A DNA stretch of 64,000 nucleotides from Eubacteriales bacterium. GTDB taxonomy: Bacteria > Bacillota > Clostridia > Oscillospirales > CAG-272. This document shows, piece after piece, positions 18,626 through 27,868 of this stretch. The position numbers and the translations under genes are program-made. The stretch lies in the NCBI GenBank assembly GCA_045632805.1, contig JAZQXI010000167.1, positions 1,295-65,294 on the forward strand, given 5' to 3'. Numbering within the stretch: position 1 is the first letter of the stretch; every line of letters starts with the position of its first letter. Below the pieces are notes generated by a model. It did not search any database. It was not told where the DNA came from and worked only from the letters and a program-made list of their open reading frames with translations.

Positions 18626-19909
18626 ATGAATTGCGAAGAAGCGATCCAATATATCCATTCTGTTGGATGGCATAGCTCCACACCGGGAACCGGCCGTATG
18701 ACAGAACTGCTCCACGCTTTGAACGACCCACAGGATTCTCTTTCCTGTATCCACGTGGCAGGCACAAACGGTAAGGGCAGCACCTGTGCCATGTTGGATT
18801 CGATCCTGCGTGCGGCAGGTTACCGCGTAGGCCTTTTTACGTCTCCCTATATCCGCGCTTTTGCGGAACGCATCCGCATCAACGGGCAAAATATTAAAGA
18901 TACCGAGCTTGCTTCCTTAACCGAGGAGGTCAAGAAAACCGTGATGGCTCTTGATATCAAGGTCACCGAGTTTGAACTCATCACGGCAATCGGGTTTCTC
19001 TATTTCAAGCAACAAAAGGTCGATTACGTGGTATTAGAGGTAGGACTTGGCGGTCGATTTGACCCGACCAACGTGATCAAAAAGCCGTTGCTTTCCATTA
19101 TCACGGGTATTGATTTTGACCATACCGCGCTCCTTGGCAACACCATTCAGGAGATCGCCGCCGAAAAAGCGGGAATCATCAAGGAAGGCTGTCCCTGCCT
19201 TTACGGGGGAGAGGAAAATGCCGCTTACCGTACCATTCGTACCTTTGCGGATATGCGTCACGCACCTTTTTATACGGTGGACCGCTCCTCTTACCGCAAG
19301 ACCGAAGCAGATTTATCGGGCACGGTCTTTGACTTTGATCAATATCAGAATTTGCATTTATCATTGCTTGGCTCTTATCAGCCTTACAATGCAACGGTCG
19401 TGCTTACGGCAATTGACATCTTGGGGCAGAGAGGCATTTCGATTCCCGAAGAGGCGGTTCGCCAAGGGCTTGCCAATACTCGTTGGATGGCAAGATTTGA
19501 GCTTTTGGCAACCGATCCGATTGTCATTTATGACGGAGGACACAATCCGCAGGGCGTTACTGCCGCGGTCAAAAGTATTCGGGAGTATTTCCCCGAGCAG
19601 CAGGTCAACATCCTCAGCGGTGTGATGACCGATAAGGATTTTGACGCGATGGTCGAGGAGCTGAAGGGCGTTTGCCGCCGTGTCTTTACCGTAACTCCCC
19701 AAACCCCTCGCGCACTGTCGGCACAGGAGTATGCCGCGCAGTTTGCATCGCACCAGATTCCATCCGCTGCTTTTGACAGCATTGCGGACGGCGTGCGTGC
19801 CGCGTTTTGCGATAGCCGTGAAAACGGCGTTCCCTTGATTTGCTTGGGGTCGCTCTATCTTTACTCCGATGTGGCGAATGAGGTTGAAAAACTGACAAAC
19901 GCCCTTTGA
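18626..19909 (+). CDS. folC: Bifunctional folylpolyglutamate synthase / dihydrofolate synthase
   Basis: The Mur-ligase P-loop HVAGTNGKGST is present, with the family-typical LEVGLGGRFDPTNV, in 427 aa. Confidence 0.88.
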   Translation: MNCEEAIQYIHSVGWHSSTPGTGRMTELLHALNDPQDSLSCIHVAGTNGKGSTCAMLDSILRAAGYRVGLFTSPYIRAFAERIRINGQNIKDTELASLTEEVKKTVMALDIKVTEFELITAIGFLYFKQQKVDYVVLEVGLGGRFDPTNVIKKPLLSIITGIDFDHTALLGNTIQEIAAEKAGIIKEGCPCLYGGEENAAYRTIRTFADMRHAPFYTVDRSSYRKTEADLSGTVFDFDQYQNLHLSLLGSYQPYNATVVLTAIDILGQRGISIPEEAVRQGLANTRWMARFELLATDPIVIYDGGHNPQGVTAAVKSIREYFPEQQVNILSGVMTDKDFDAMVEELKGVCRRVFTVTPQTPRALSAQEYAAQFASHQIPSAAFDSIADGVRAAFCDSRENGVPLICLGSLYLYSDVANEVEKLTNAL

Positions 19910-19947
19910 TTTCCGAATGTTTTGCCTGCTGTGCGGCAGAACATCAA

Positions 19948-19988
19948 CGTGAGTTCGAAACCATCCTCACGATAAACAAAACTAAGGA
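19948..19988 (+). ncRNA. preQ1-I riboswitch
   Basis: CGUGAG-UUCGAAACCAUC-CUCACG-AUAAACAAAACUAAGGAG is a short hairpin plus an A-rich tail ending in the SD. This matches the preQ1-I pattern (compare AGAGGUUCUAGCUACACCCUCUAUAAAAAACUAAGG). It lies directly upstream of a QueT-type gene. Confidence 0.8.
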
Positions 19989-19999
19989 GAAAACTGTAT

Positions 20000-20491
20000 A
20001 TGAGAAACAACAAAAATCGGAAACGGTTGGTCTACATTTGTGAGGCGGGTGTGATTGCGGCATTGTATGCGGCAATCACACTGCTCATCGCCCCAATTGG
20101 AAGTGGCGCCATCCAATGTCGGGTATCGGAGGCGCTGTGCGTGCTTCCGTTTTTTACATCATCGGCAATTCCCGGATTGACACTGGGATGCTTGGTGGCA
20201 AATCTTTTTACGGGTGGGCTTTGGCAGGACGTGCTGTTTGGCACACTGGCTACCTTGCTGGGTGCCGTTGGCGCGTACCTGTTGCGCAAGGTTCCGTATT
20301 TGGTGCCGCTTCCCACGGTGCTTGCTAACACCGTCATCATCCCTCTGGTTTTGGCGTTTGCCTATCGCGTTCCCGACGGCATCCCGTTTTTGATGCTGAC
20401 GGTGGGACTTGGCGAGGTGATCTCGGCATACCTGTTGGGGATGCTGTTGCTTGTGACCTTGCGAAGATATGAGGGGAAGATCTTTCGCTGA
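20000..20491 (+). CDS. queT: Queuosine-precursor transporter QueT (ECF S-component family)
   Basis: A 163-aa protein with 5 TM helices and the RVSEAL motif, preceded by a preQ1 riboswitch. Confidence 0.75.
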   Translation: MRNNKNRKRLVYICEAGVIAALYAAITLLIAPIGSGAIQCRVSEALCVLPFFTSSAIPGLTLGCLVANLFTGGLWQDVLFGTLATLLGAVGAYLLRKVPYLVPLPTVLANTVIIPLVLAFAYRVPDGIPFLMLTVGLGEVISAYLLGMLLLVTLRRYEGKIFR

Positions 20492-20531
20492 CCGTTTTCA
20501 AAATCTGTATTTTAAAAGAAAGGAGTCTGCT

Positions 20532-21866
20532 ATGGAATATGTTGCTTTGCCCATGCAGGTAAAGGAAGCACTCGGGCGTTTGGAGCAAAACGGCTATGAA
20601 GCATACGCGGTTGGCGGATGTGTACGGGACAGTCTTCTTGGTAGACTTCCGAACGATTGGGATATTACCACTTCCGCACATCCCGAAGAAACTTCCGCGT
20701 GCTTTTCCGATTGCCGTACCATCGAAATCGGAGCCAAGCACGGCACGGTCGGTGTGTTACTCGACGGGATGCTGATGGAAATTACGACTTACCGCAGCGA
20801 CGGAGAATATGCGGATAACCGGCATCCCACAAGTGTTTCTTTTTCGAAGCACGTGGAGGATGATTTATGCCGCAGAGATTTTACGGTCAATGCAATGGCG
20901 TATCATCCCACGCGGGGACTCGTGGATCTTTACGGTGGCAGAGAGGATCTTGCCAATGGTGTCATCCGTTGTGTTGGGGATCCGACGACGCGTTTTTGCG
21001 AGGACGGCTTGCGTATTCTGCGAGCGATCCGCTTTGCATCGGTTTTGGGCTTTACGCTCCATCCCGATACGGCAAAAGCGGTCAAGGAATGTGCGCACCT
21101 GCTTGAAAACATTGCAGCCGAGCGTATCCGCGAGGAGTTTTGCAAGCTTTTGTGCGGCAAGGGTGCGGTTGCGATTTTACGGGAATATATTGACGTGATC
21201 GCGCGTTTTATCCCGGAGCTTGCGCGGTGCGTCGGGTTTGATCAAAACACTAAGTATCATTGCTACGACGTGTTTGAGCATACCCTGCACGCTTTGGAAC
21301 TGGAGACGTCGGGAGATCTTCTCACACGTCTCTCCATTCTGCTTCACGATATCGGAAAGCCGTTGTGCTACACCGAGGACGAGCAGGGCGGACATTTCAA
21401 AGGACATGCTCCCATTGGCGTGGAGATCACGGAAACACTGATGCATCGCCTGCGATTTGATAAGGATACCACCGAGCGGGTCAAGCTTTTGGTGGAGCTG
21501 CACGATCTGTCGTTTGCGGCAGAGCCAAAAGCCGTCAAGCGCTTGATGCGACGGATGTCGGATGAGGACATTGATCGGTTGATGGAAATCAAGCGTTGCG
21601 ACCGTTTGGCACACGCTGCGTTTTTCCGCGAACTGCCGCCCGAGCTTGCGGAGATCCCGAAGATCGTCAAGCTCCTCAGAGCCGAGGAGGCATGTCTATG
21701 CGTCAAGGACCTTTGCATCAACGGTAACGATCTGATCCGCATGGGAGTGCCTGTGGGAAAGCAGATCGGAGAAATTTTGGAGTCTCTTTTGGAGGACGTT
21801 TTAGACGAGCGAATTCCAAACGAAAAAAGCGCTCTTGAGAGCGCCGCAAAAGAAAAAATGAATTAA
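20532..21866 (+). CDS. cca: CCA-adding tRNA nucleotidyltransferase with HD domain
   Basis: The motif GGCVRDSLLGRLPNDWDITT (polymerase-beta superfamily) is followed by RRDFTVNAMA and the C-terminal HD motif LLHDIGKP. ATG 20532 sits 7 nt after AAGGAG. Confidence 0.85.
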   Translation: MEYVALPMQVKEALGRLEQNGYEAYAVGGCVRDSLLGRLPNDWDITTSAHPEETSACFSDCRTIEIGAKHGTVGVLLDGMLMEITTYRSDGEYADNRHPTSVSFSKHVEDDLCRRDFTVNAMAYHPTRGLVDLYGGREDLANGVIRCVGDPTTRFCEDGLRILRAIRFASVLGFTLHPDTAKAVKECAHLLENIAAERIREEFCKLLCGKGAVAILREYIDVIARFIPELARCVGFDQNTKYHCYDVFEHTLHALELETSGDLLTRLSILLHDIGKPLCYTEDEQGGHFKGHAPIGVEITETLMHRLRFDKDTTERVKLLVELHDLSFAAEPKAVKRLMRRMSDEDIDRLMEIKRCDRLAHAAFFRELPPELAEIPKIVKLLRAEEACLCVKDLCINGNDLIRMGVPVGKQIGEILESLLEDVLDERIPNEKSALESAAKEKMN

Positions 21867-21875
21867 TACCTAACT

Positions 21876-21916
21876 AAAAAGGGTGTCTCAAATTTGCAAT
21901 TTGAGACACCCTTTTT
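21876..21916. terminator. Bidirectional intrinsic terminator (member of the GTCTCAAAT hairpin family)
   Basis: AAAAA-GGGTGTCTCAAAT-TTGC-AATTTGAGACACCC-TTTTT lies between convergent genes. Confidence 0.8.
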
Positions 21917-21918
21917 AG

Positions 21919-22839
21919 TTAATATTTCACCGCAATCCGCGTCTTGAATTCGCGGACCTCTGTGGGATTGAGTACGATCAACCCGTGATCCATCGGATCT
22001 CCTTCCAAATGGAAGCAATCGATGGCACAGGTCTGCGGCTCACAGACAAAGAACTCGCCCGACGCCGTTTGAAAGAGCATGCGGTAGGGGTATTGTTCGT
22101 CTCCTGTGTAGGAGATCGAAATGCCGCTTGCTGTGTCGGTCAACAGCATCTCGCCCGCGCACTCGTAAAACGCAGAAAGGTGCTTTCCAAACGGAACGTA
22201 AGCACCGCTTTGCATTTCCGCTTCACGCTCTGCGGGATCACGGAATACACCCGTCGGGATAAACTGTTCGGTACGCATCTCCTCACGCCCAACAGGAAGC
22301 GAGAAACGCAGATCTTCGCGTTTCCCATCCTTCAAAAAGGGAAGGTTAAAGGTGGTATGGTACGCCAGCATAAAGGGCATTGGGGTATCTGAGTCGTTGG
22401 TCACCGTGTCGGTTTCCGTCAAGCCCGCTTCGTCCAAACGGTACTCGCGAACAAAGGTGAATGCGTGCGGAAATCCGATGTATTCATTCGCTTTGGCGCG
22501 ATAGACCAGCTTGACGCGGTCGCGCTCCGGGTCTTCCACCATAAACGGCAGATTCCAAAGCGCCCCGTGGATGTGGCAGCCCGTTTGTGGCTCGTTGAGC
22601 GGTAGTGTGTAGGTGCTTCCGTTAAAATCAAATGTTCCGCCTACGATTCGGTTGGGGGGGAAGAGCGGGGGATTGCCAAAAAGGTAGACGTTTTCCTTCC
22701 AATGCTCCTCATCGCGCGGAGTGCGCAAAAGATCAGCGCCCGTAGGCGTGTGAACAAGTCGAAAGCAGATGCCGCCCTTTTGGGAGGAAATATCCGCCTC
22801 GTACCCGCCCCCTAAGAGGTGAATGTCGGTTGCAATCAT
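21919..22839 (-). CDS. Aldose 1-epimerase (galactose mutarotase-like) family protein
   Basis: Family-typical segments are LFGNPPLFPPNRI, GCHIHGALWNLPF and MLAYHTTFNLPF. The ORF-track start at 23058 was trimmed to ATG 22839 (MIATDIH), which clears the upstream gene's stop at 22857. Confidence 0.7.
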   Translation of the reverse strand: MIATDIHLLGGGYEADISSQKGGICFRLVHTPTGADLLRTPRDEEHWKENVYLFGNPPLFPPNRIVGGTFDFNGSTYTLPLNEPQTGCHIHGALWNLPFMVEDPERDRVKLVYRAKANEYIGFPHAFTFVREYRLDEAGLTETDTVTNDSDTPMPFMLAYHTTFNLPFLKDGKREDLRFSLPVGREEMRTEQFIPTGVFRDPAEREAEMQSGAYVPFGKHLSAFYECAGEMLLTDTASGISISYTGDEQYPYRMLFQTASGEFFVCEPQTCAIDCFHLEGDPMDHGLIVLNPTEVREFKTRIAVKY

Positions 22840-22856
22840 ATCCTTTACTCGCTTTC

Positions 22857-25472
22857 TCAGCGGAACTCGGTTTCGCCGTCGGATGTATAGACGTTGGTTC
22901 GCAAAATGGAGTAATGCTCCTTGGCGGGATCCCCCGAAAGGATCCCCAGCTTGTCTTTTGCGGCTTTGATGAGCAATTCGGGATTGAGATGCTCTTGGCT
23001 TCCCGCGGCAAGCACCGCATCCAGAAGAATTTCGCCATCCGCAACGGAGATTACGCATACTTCCTTGATCATGGGAATCAGATCCACCTCTTTTTCCCCC
23101 GATTTGGACTTTTTGGTCACGGTCAGAGGAGAGACGGTAAAGAGCTGTTGCATCTGTTCGGCAGTTACGGTGTTTGCATCTTCAAAGCAAAGATGCATAC
23201 GGTATCTTGCCCACGCAATATCCTGGAATTTTGCGGTTGGCTCATAAGCCTCCAGAACCTGCATCTCGTCGGTCAATTCGCGGTTTAGGCGCTCCTTGAC
23301 CTCGTCCCCGGAAATATCGCGATCGACGCGCAGGTCGATGAATTCACACTCGCTTTCGGTTCCCACGGAAAGAGGAAGACCGAACGTGACCTTTGCATGC
23401 GGGTTAAAGCCCTGCGTATACCACATAGGGAGCTTTGCGCGCACAAGAATGCGAGAAACGGTGCGTTGCAGATCAAGATGCGAGATGTATTGCAGATCTC
23501 CTACCTTGCGAAACTTGATGCGAATGGTTTTAAAGCTTTCAAGGGGCGCCCAATCGGGAGTGGAAAGCTCCACGGGTTCAAGCGTTGCCGTAGCGCCTTG
23601 ACCGTTGCATCCGGGGCATACCGCGCGGACACCGCCCAGCTTGTTTGCGCCGCACGCAGAGCATTTTTCACGGCAATTGGGCGTGGTTGCCGCCTCATAC
23701 GCACGTTCGCGCTCACGCAAGAAGAATTCCTTGCTGACACCGCAGTCGATGATATCCCAAGGAAGAACCTCATCGATACCAAAGGCGCGGTTTGCGTAAA
23801 ATGCGGGATCGATACCCGTGCGTTCAAATACGGAGATCCATTTGTCGTAGTCAAAATATTCATCCCATGCGTCAAAGCAGAAGCCCTCTTTGCAGGCAAG
23901 CTCCAACGCCGCGCCAAGCCGCCTGTCACCGCGCGCTAAAACTGCCTCGATACGTGAGACCTTTGCGTCGTGGTGCTGATAGCGAATGTGACGGCTTTTG
24001 ATCTTGGTTTTGAGATATTCCTGCTTTTCGGCAAGCTGCTCCATCGTGTCCTGCGCCTCCCATTGGAAGGGAGTGAAGGGTTTGGGGATGAAGCATGCGA
24101 CGCTGATCGTGACCTGTACGGGGCGTGCCTTGTTGCGGTTGGGGTTTTGATAGTAGGCATCCACAACCGTTTCGGCAAGCTTGGCGATCCCCTCAATGTC
24201 ATCATACGTCTCGGTGGGGAGTCCGTTCATAAAATAGAGCTTGACGGCATTTTTCTTGGCGTCAAACGCGACGTTGACCGCACGCAGAACGTCCTCCTCG
24301 CGCACGTTTTTGTTGATGACGTTGCGAAGTCTCTGCGTACCCGCCTCGGGCGCAAAGGTCAAAGAGGAGGAACGGACCGAGTCGATGCGGTTCATCAGAT
24401 CCTTGCTGAAGCTGTCTACGCGCAGAGAGGGGAGCGAGAGACTGACCATGCTGTCATCCGTCCAGGAAAGGAGCTTGTCGCAAAGCGGCTCCAGCTCGGT
24501 GTAGTCACTGATGGAGAGAGAGGAAAGCGAAATCTCCTCGTATCCCGTAGTGGAATAAAGCTTTTTCGCCTGCTCGTTCAGCACGGCGGCGCTCTTTTCG
24601 CGTACAGGTCGGTAGATCATGCCCGCCTGACAGAAGCGGCAACCGCGGATGCATCCGCGATAGACCTCAAGCATGATGCGGTCGTGAACGGTCTCGATGT
24701 AAGGCATGACTACTTTGTCGGGGAAATAGACCTGGTCCAGATCCTTGATGATCTGCTTGGTTACCTGCCGCGGGATGTCGTCATCAATCGGTGTATATGC
24801 CTTGATGGTGCCGTTTTCATTGTAGCTGACCTCATAAAGAGAGGGAACGTAGACACCTTGAATGGTTTTTGCCGCCTCGTGCAAAAATGCTTTTCTCGTA
24901 TAGGTGCCGTTTTCCTTCATTTGGATGTAGAGGCGGACGATCGCGGGGAGCATGTCCTCTCCCTCGCCGATGTTGAACAAGTCGAAAAAGTCAGCAACCG
25001 GCTCGGGGTTGTACGCGCAAGGACCGCCGCCGATGATGATGGGGTCATCCTCTTCGCGGTCTGCGGAGCGCAGGGGGATCTTTGCCAACTGCAGCATGTT
25101 GAGTACGTTTGTATAGCTCATTTCATACTGCAGGGTAAAGGCAACAAAATCAAAGCAATGCAACGGATCGCCGCTTTCCAGCGCCGTCAAAGGGAGATCG
25201 TGCAGACGCATTTGCTCTTGCATATCGACCCACGGGTCATATACGCGCTCGCACCAAATATCGGGATGCTCGTTGAGCGCTCCGTAAAGCAAGCGGACAC
25301 CAAGGTTCGACATGCCGATCTCATACGTATCGGGGAAGCAGAACGCAAAACGCGCTTTGACGTTCTCTTTATTTTTGATGATCTGACCGTATTCGCCGCC
25401 TGCGTATCTGCCGGGCTTGGAAACGGATTTCAAGATGGTACTGTTTGGTCGTTTTTCTTTCGTTTGATTCAT
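22857..25472 (-). CDS. B12-binding-domain radical SAM protein (TIGR03960-like) fused to a DUF2344/TIGR03936-like C-terminal domain
   Basis: The CxxxCxxC motif reads RGCIRGCRFCQAGM. The N-terminus GRYAGGEYGQI is typical of the family, and the C-terminal ~230 aa resemble DUF2344. The start is uncertain: ATG 25472 or TTG 25493. Confidence 0.75.
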   Translation of the reverse strand: MNQTKEKRPNSTILKSVSKPGRYAGGEYGQIIKNKENVKARFAFCFPDTYEIGMSNLGVRLLYGALNEHPDIWCERVYDPWVDMQEQMRLHDLPLTALESGDPLHCFDFVAFTLQYEMSYTNVLNMLQLAKIPLRSADREEDDPIIIGGGPCAYNPEPVADFFDLFNIGEGEDMLPAIVRLYIQMKENGTYTRKAFLHEAAKTIQGVYVPSLYEVSYNENGTIKAYTPIDDDIPRQVTKQIIKDLDQVYFPDKVVMPYIETVHDRIMLEVYRGCIRGCRFCQAGMIYRPVREKSAAVLNEQAKKLYSTTGYEEISLSSLSISDYTELEPLCDKLLSWTDDSMVSLSLPSLRVDSFSKDLMNRIDSVRSSSLTFAPEAGTQRLRNVINKNVREEDVLRAVNVAFDAKKNAVKLYFMNGLPTETYDDIEGIAKLAETVVDAYYQNPNRNKARPVQVTISVACFIPKPFTPFQWEAQDTMEQLAEKQEYLKTKIKSRHIRYQHHDAKVSRIEAVLARGDRRLGAALELACKEGFCFDAWDEYFDYDKWISVFERTGIDPAFYANRAFGIDEVLPWDIIDCGVSKEFFLRERERAYEAATTPNCREKCSACGANKLGGVRAVCPGCNGQGATATLEPVELSTPDWAPLESFKTIRIKFRKVGDLQYISHLDLQRTVSRILVRAKLPMWYTQGFNPHAKVTFGLPLSVGTESECEFIDLRVDRDISGDEVKERLNRELTDEMQVLEAYEPTAKFQDIAWARYRMHLCFEDANTVTAEQMQQLFTVSPLTVTKKSKSGEKEVDLIPMIKEVCVISVADGEILLDAVLAAGSQEHLNPELLIKAAKDKLGILSGDPAKEHYSILRTNVYTSDGETEFR

Positions 25473-25502
25473 AAGGATGCAATGCCTTTCCAAAAAGGTG
25501 GA

Positions 25503-27830
25503 TTATCTGCGGATGCAGAGCGTATGCTTGTTGAGATAGACAAATGATGAGACGAGTACGATCAGCATGCAGAGAAGATGATAAGCGGCAATGGTGAGGG
25601 GGTGAAGCCACTCAAAAGGCGCGCCTATGCTGATGACGGAGAGCACGGTTGCCGCTACGGCACCGAACGCGCTTGCCGCGTATTGCAGATACATGCCAAA
25701 GGTGCGGGATGTGCGAATCCCCTTTGCGGCATGCAAGGGATAAACGATATCCTCGGGACGCCCCAGTGCGACAGCACCCGTGTCACAGGTGCGCATCACC
25801 GATTCGGTCTCATATTTACCGGGCTTGATCACACGGATATTTGCGGCGTTTTCCTCGCGGCTGATCTGTAAGAAATACTCGTTAAGGTTCGGGTCATAGG
25901 ATTGGATCGCAATCGCGGTGTCGATGTTGGAAAGATCGTTTGCCAGCGCTTCAAATGCAGGTTTGACGCTGTATTCGATCTCATAGCTGATTTTGAGCAT
26001 ACCGTCGATGGCAACGTACATGATGCTGACGTTGGGGGTGCGACGGAGAGCGCGGTCGGCGCTTTCCTTGGGAATACGGATGCCGCATTTTTTCAAAAAA
26101 TCCGCACTTCCCGCAATCATGTGGTATTGGTTGTCTACAACCGCTTCCACACCGTAATCCGCAATGCGGACAAAAGCAACGGAGGGGTCTGCGGTTTTGG
26201 TGGCGTAAGAAGCACCAAGCGGCGCGAGCGTTCCGCCGATTTTGCGGAACAGGATTCCGGCAAGGCGCAAATCACGGCGAAAATCATCGCTCTCGCGCAC
26301 AGCGATCTCCGTGCATTTTTCCGCGCTGTAAAGATCGGTGTCCGAAAAGATCACGGTTGTCGATTCTCCGAATTCCTGTACCGCTTCCTCTCCGACCAAA
26401 GCACAATTATAGCGCGAAAGCAGCTTGTTAGCGCGGCAAAGTGGGAAGAAGAAGGAAAGAATTTCGGTAAAGGGGGCGGCGAGCATCAAGACACTCATGA
26501 ATGCGGAGAGTGCCGAAAAAGGATTCTCGGTTGCGATCAAGGTGATAAAACCGCCCAAAAAGCCGCACGCAGGACCGAGCCCCAACAGAATGTGGAGGGG
26601 ACGGTGCGATGCCTTTGCCGTGTTAAAGCGGCGGAAAAAGCCTGTGACCGTTTCCGCTTTTTGCACGCGGTAAAAGCTTTCATCAATGTCATCGTTAATG
26701 ATCTTAACCAGCTTTTTGCCTTGGCGGAGCTTCTTTTTGCGAGGCATGGTAGACTCCAACACTGTTTTGACACCCTCTGCGCTCAAAAGACGGAAGGTGC
26801 GCATTTCGCATACTATGCGCAACGTGTCGCAAAAAGCGATCAAAAGCAGGATTCCGGCAGAAATAAAGTTCACACGAAGCATCTCCTGCTCGGTAAAGAG
26901 GGAAATGATATCGTAGACCAAAGTAAAGGGGAGAATTGCCGCAATGGCGGAATAGGGAGAGGGCTTGAGCTTAAAGTAGCTGCGCATTCCCGCGTTGATC
27001 TGACGCCATGAAAGAGCCGCGGCACCAAGAAGAATTCCAAGCGAGAGAAGCGGGAGAAGAAGCGGATATTGCTCGGCAAGGTCGAGATATGCACCGCCGA
27101 TGAGAAGCGGATAATCCAAAAACAGCAAAAGGATGGTGGCAAGCGCCGTGAGCAAGGTGCGCAGGATCAAAAACTTGCGATCATGCATGTAGGTGGCAAT
27201 AATTGCCGCACTGCTGTGCTCATTGACATCCTCCACACCGCAGTAGCCAAACGCCGTGCGGTAGTTCTTGTGCTGGTTTTTATTCATGCGCATAAAATGA
27301 TCGCGCTTAAGCTTTTTCAGATTCTCATAACCCACCACGCGTCCAAGCTCGCTTTCATATCCAAGCTCCAGCATCATGGCGATATCATCCTCCGAAAATC
27401 CGCTTTTTTGGCGGATCAATTCCAAGGCGGACATTTTTTGCGCGGCTTGACGCTCACGGCGTTCCTTGATCTTGCTGAACAGATTTTGCGCTTTTACACC
27501 AGCGACGGGAAGATCCTCGGGCGTATCAAAGGGGATCTCCTCGGGAGAATCCTCCTCGATGATGTCGTCCAAAGCCTCGTCCAAGCCATCGTCATCGGGA
27601 AGCTCGGTCACGTTGGTGTGATGCACACGGCGGATCTTCTTTTTTTGCGGCGGCTTTTTAAGGACAGAGGAGTCGCCGCCTGTTACGCTTTTATGAAAAT
27701 CGGGAGCGTTCGATGAGGTGTACATCGACACGTTACCGTTCCTTTGTGTGTTTGGGGCTTGCTTTTGATCGGTTGTGGGAATCTTACGTTCCGTTCCCGC
27801 TTGCGGATCTGTTGGTTGATTTTGTTTCAT
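25503..27830 (-). CDS. Polytopic membrane protein resembling a catalytically degenerate P-type ATPase, with a ~150-aa disordered N-terminus
   Basis: Segment order and motif shadows match P1B ATPases, but every catalytic motif is altered. TTVIFSDTDLYS replaces DKTGT. IQSYDPN replaces TGD. VALGRPEDIVYPLHAAKGI replaces GDGxNDxpAL. No TGE motif is present. Confidence 0.45.
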   Translation of the reverse strand: MKQNQPTDPQAGTERKIPTTDQKQAPNTQRNGNVSMYTSSNAPDFHKSVTGGDSSVLKKPPQKKKIRRVHHTNVTELPDDDGLDEALDDIIEEDSPEEIPFDTPEDLPVAGVKAQNLFSKIKERRERQAAQKMSALELIRQKSGFSEDDIAMMLELGYESELGRVVGYENLKKLKRDHFMRMNKNQHKNYRTAFGYCGVEDVNEHSSAAIIATYMHDRKFLILRTLLTALATILLLFLDYPLLIGGAYLDLAEQYPLLLPLLSLGILLGAAALSWRQINAGMRSYFKLKPSPYSAIAAILPFTLVYDIISLFTEQEMLRVNFISAGILLLIAFCDTLRIVCEMRTFRLLSAEGVKTVLESTMPRKKKLRQGKKLVKIINDDIDESFYRVQKAETVTGFFRRFNTAKASHRPLHILLGLGPACGFLGGFITLIATENPFSALSAFMSVLMLAAPFTEILSFFFPLCRANKLLSRYNCALVGEEAVQEFGESTTVIFSDTDLYSAEKCTEIAVRESDDFRRDLRLAGILFRKIGGTLAPLGASYATKTADPSVAFVRIADYGVEAVVDNQYHMIAGSADFLKKCGIRIPKESADRALRRTPNVSIMYVAIDGMLKISYEIEYSVKPAFEALANDLSNIDTAIAIQSYDPNLNEYFLQISREENAANIRVIKPGKYETESVMRTCDTGAVALGRPEDIVYPLHAAKGIRTSRTFGMYLQYAASAFGAVAATVLSVISIGAPFEWLHPLTIAAYHLLCMLIVLVSSFVYLNKHTLCIRR

Positions 27831-27868
27831 AATGCTCCTTTCCGACAGAAATCGAGAAAACCGTACTG

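Noticed and set aside
22840-23058. N-terminal extensions proposed by the ORF track. Examples are aldose epimerase to 23058, rlmB to 28972, alaS to 47890, AraC from 36461, polA from 48350, cca from 20469 and the Fur-family gene to 39738.
   Set aside because: The extensions overlap upstream genes or promoters, lack an RBS and precede family-typical N-termini that do have good SD sequences. The starts were trimmed accordingly.
23970-25547. A 525-aa ORF on the plus strand.
   Set aside because: It is antisense to the radical SAM (TIGR03960-like) gene. It has no RBS and no recognisable motif, so it is a shadow ORF.
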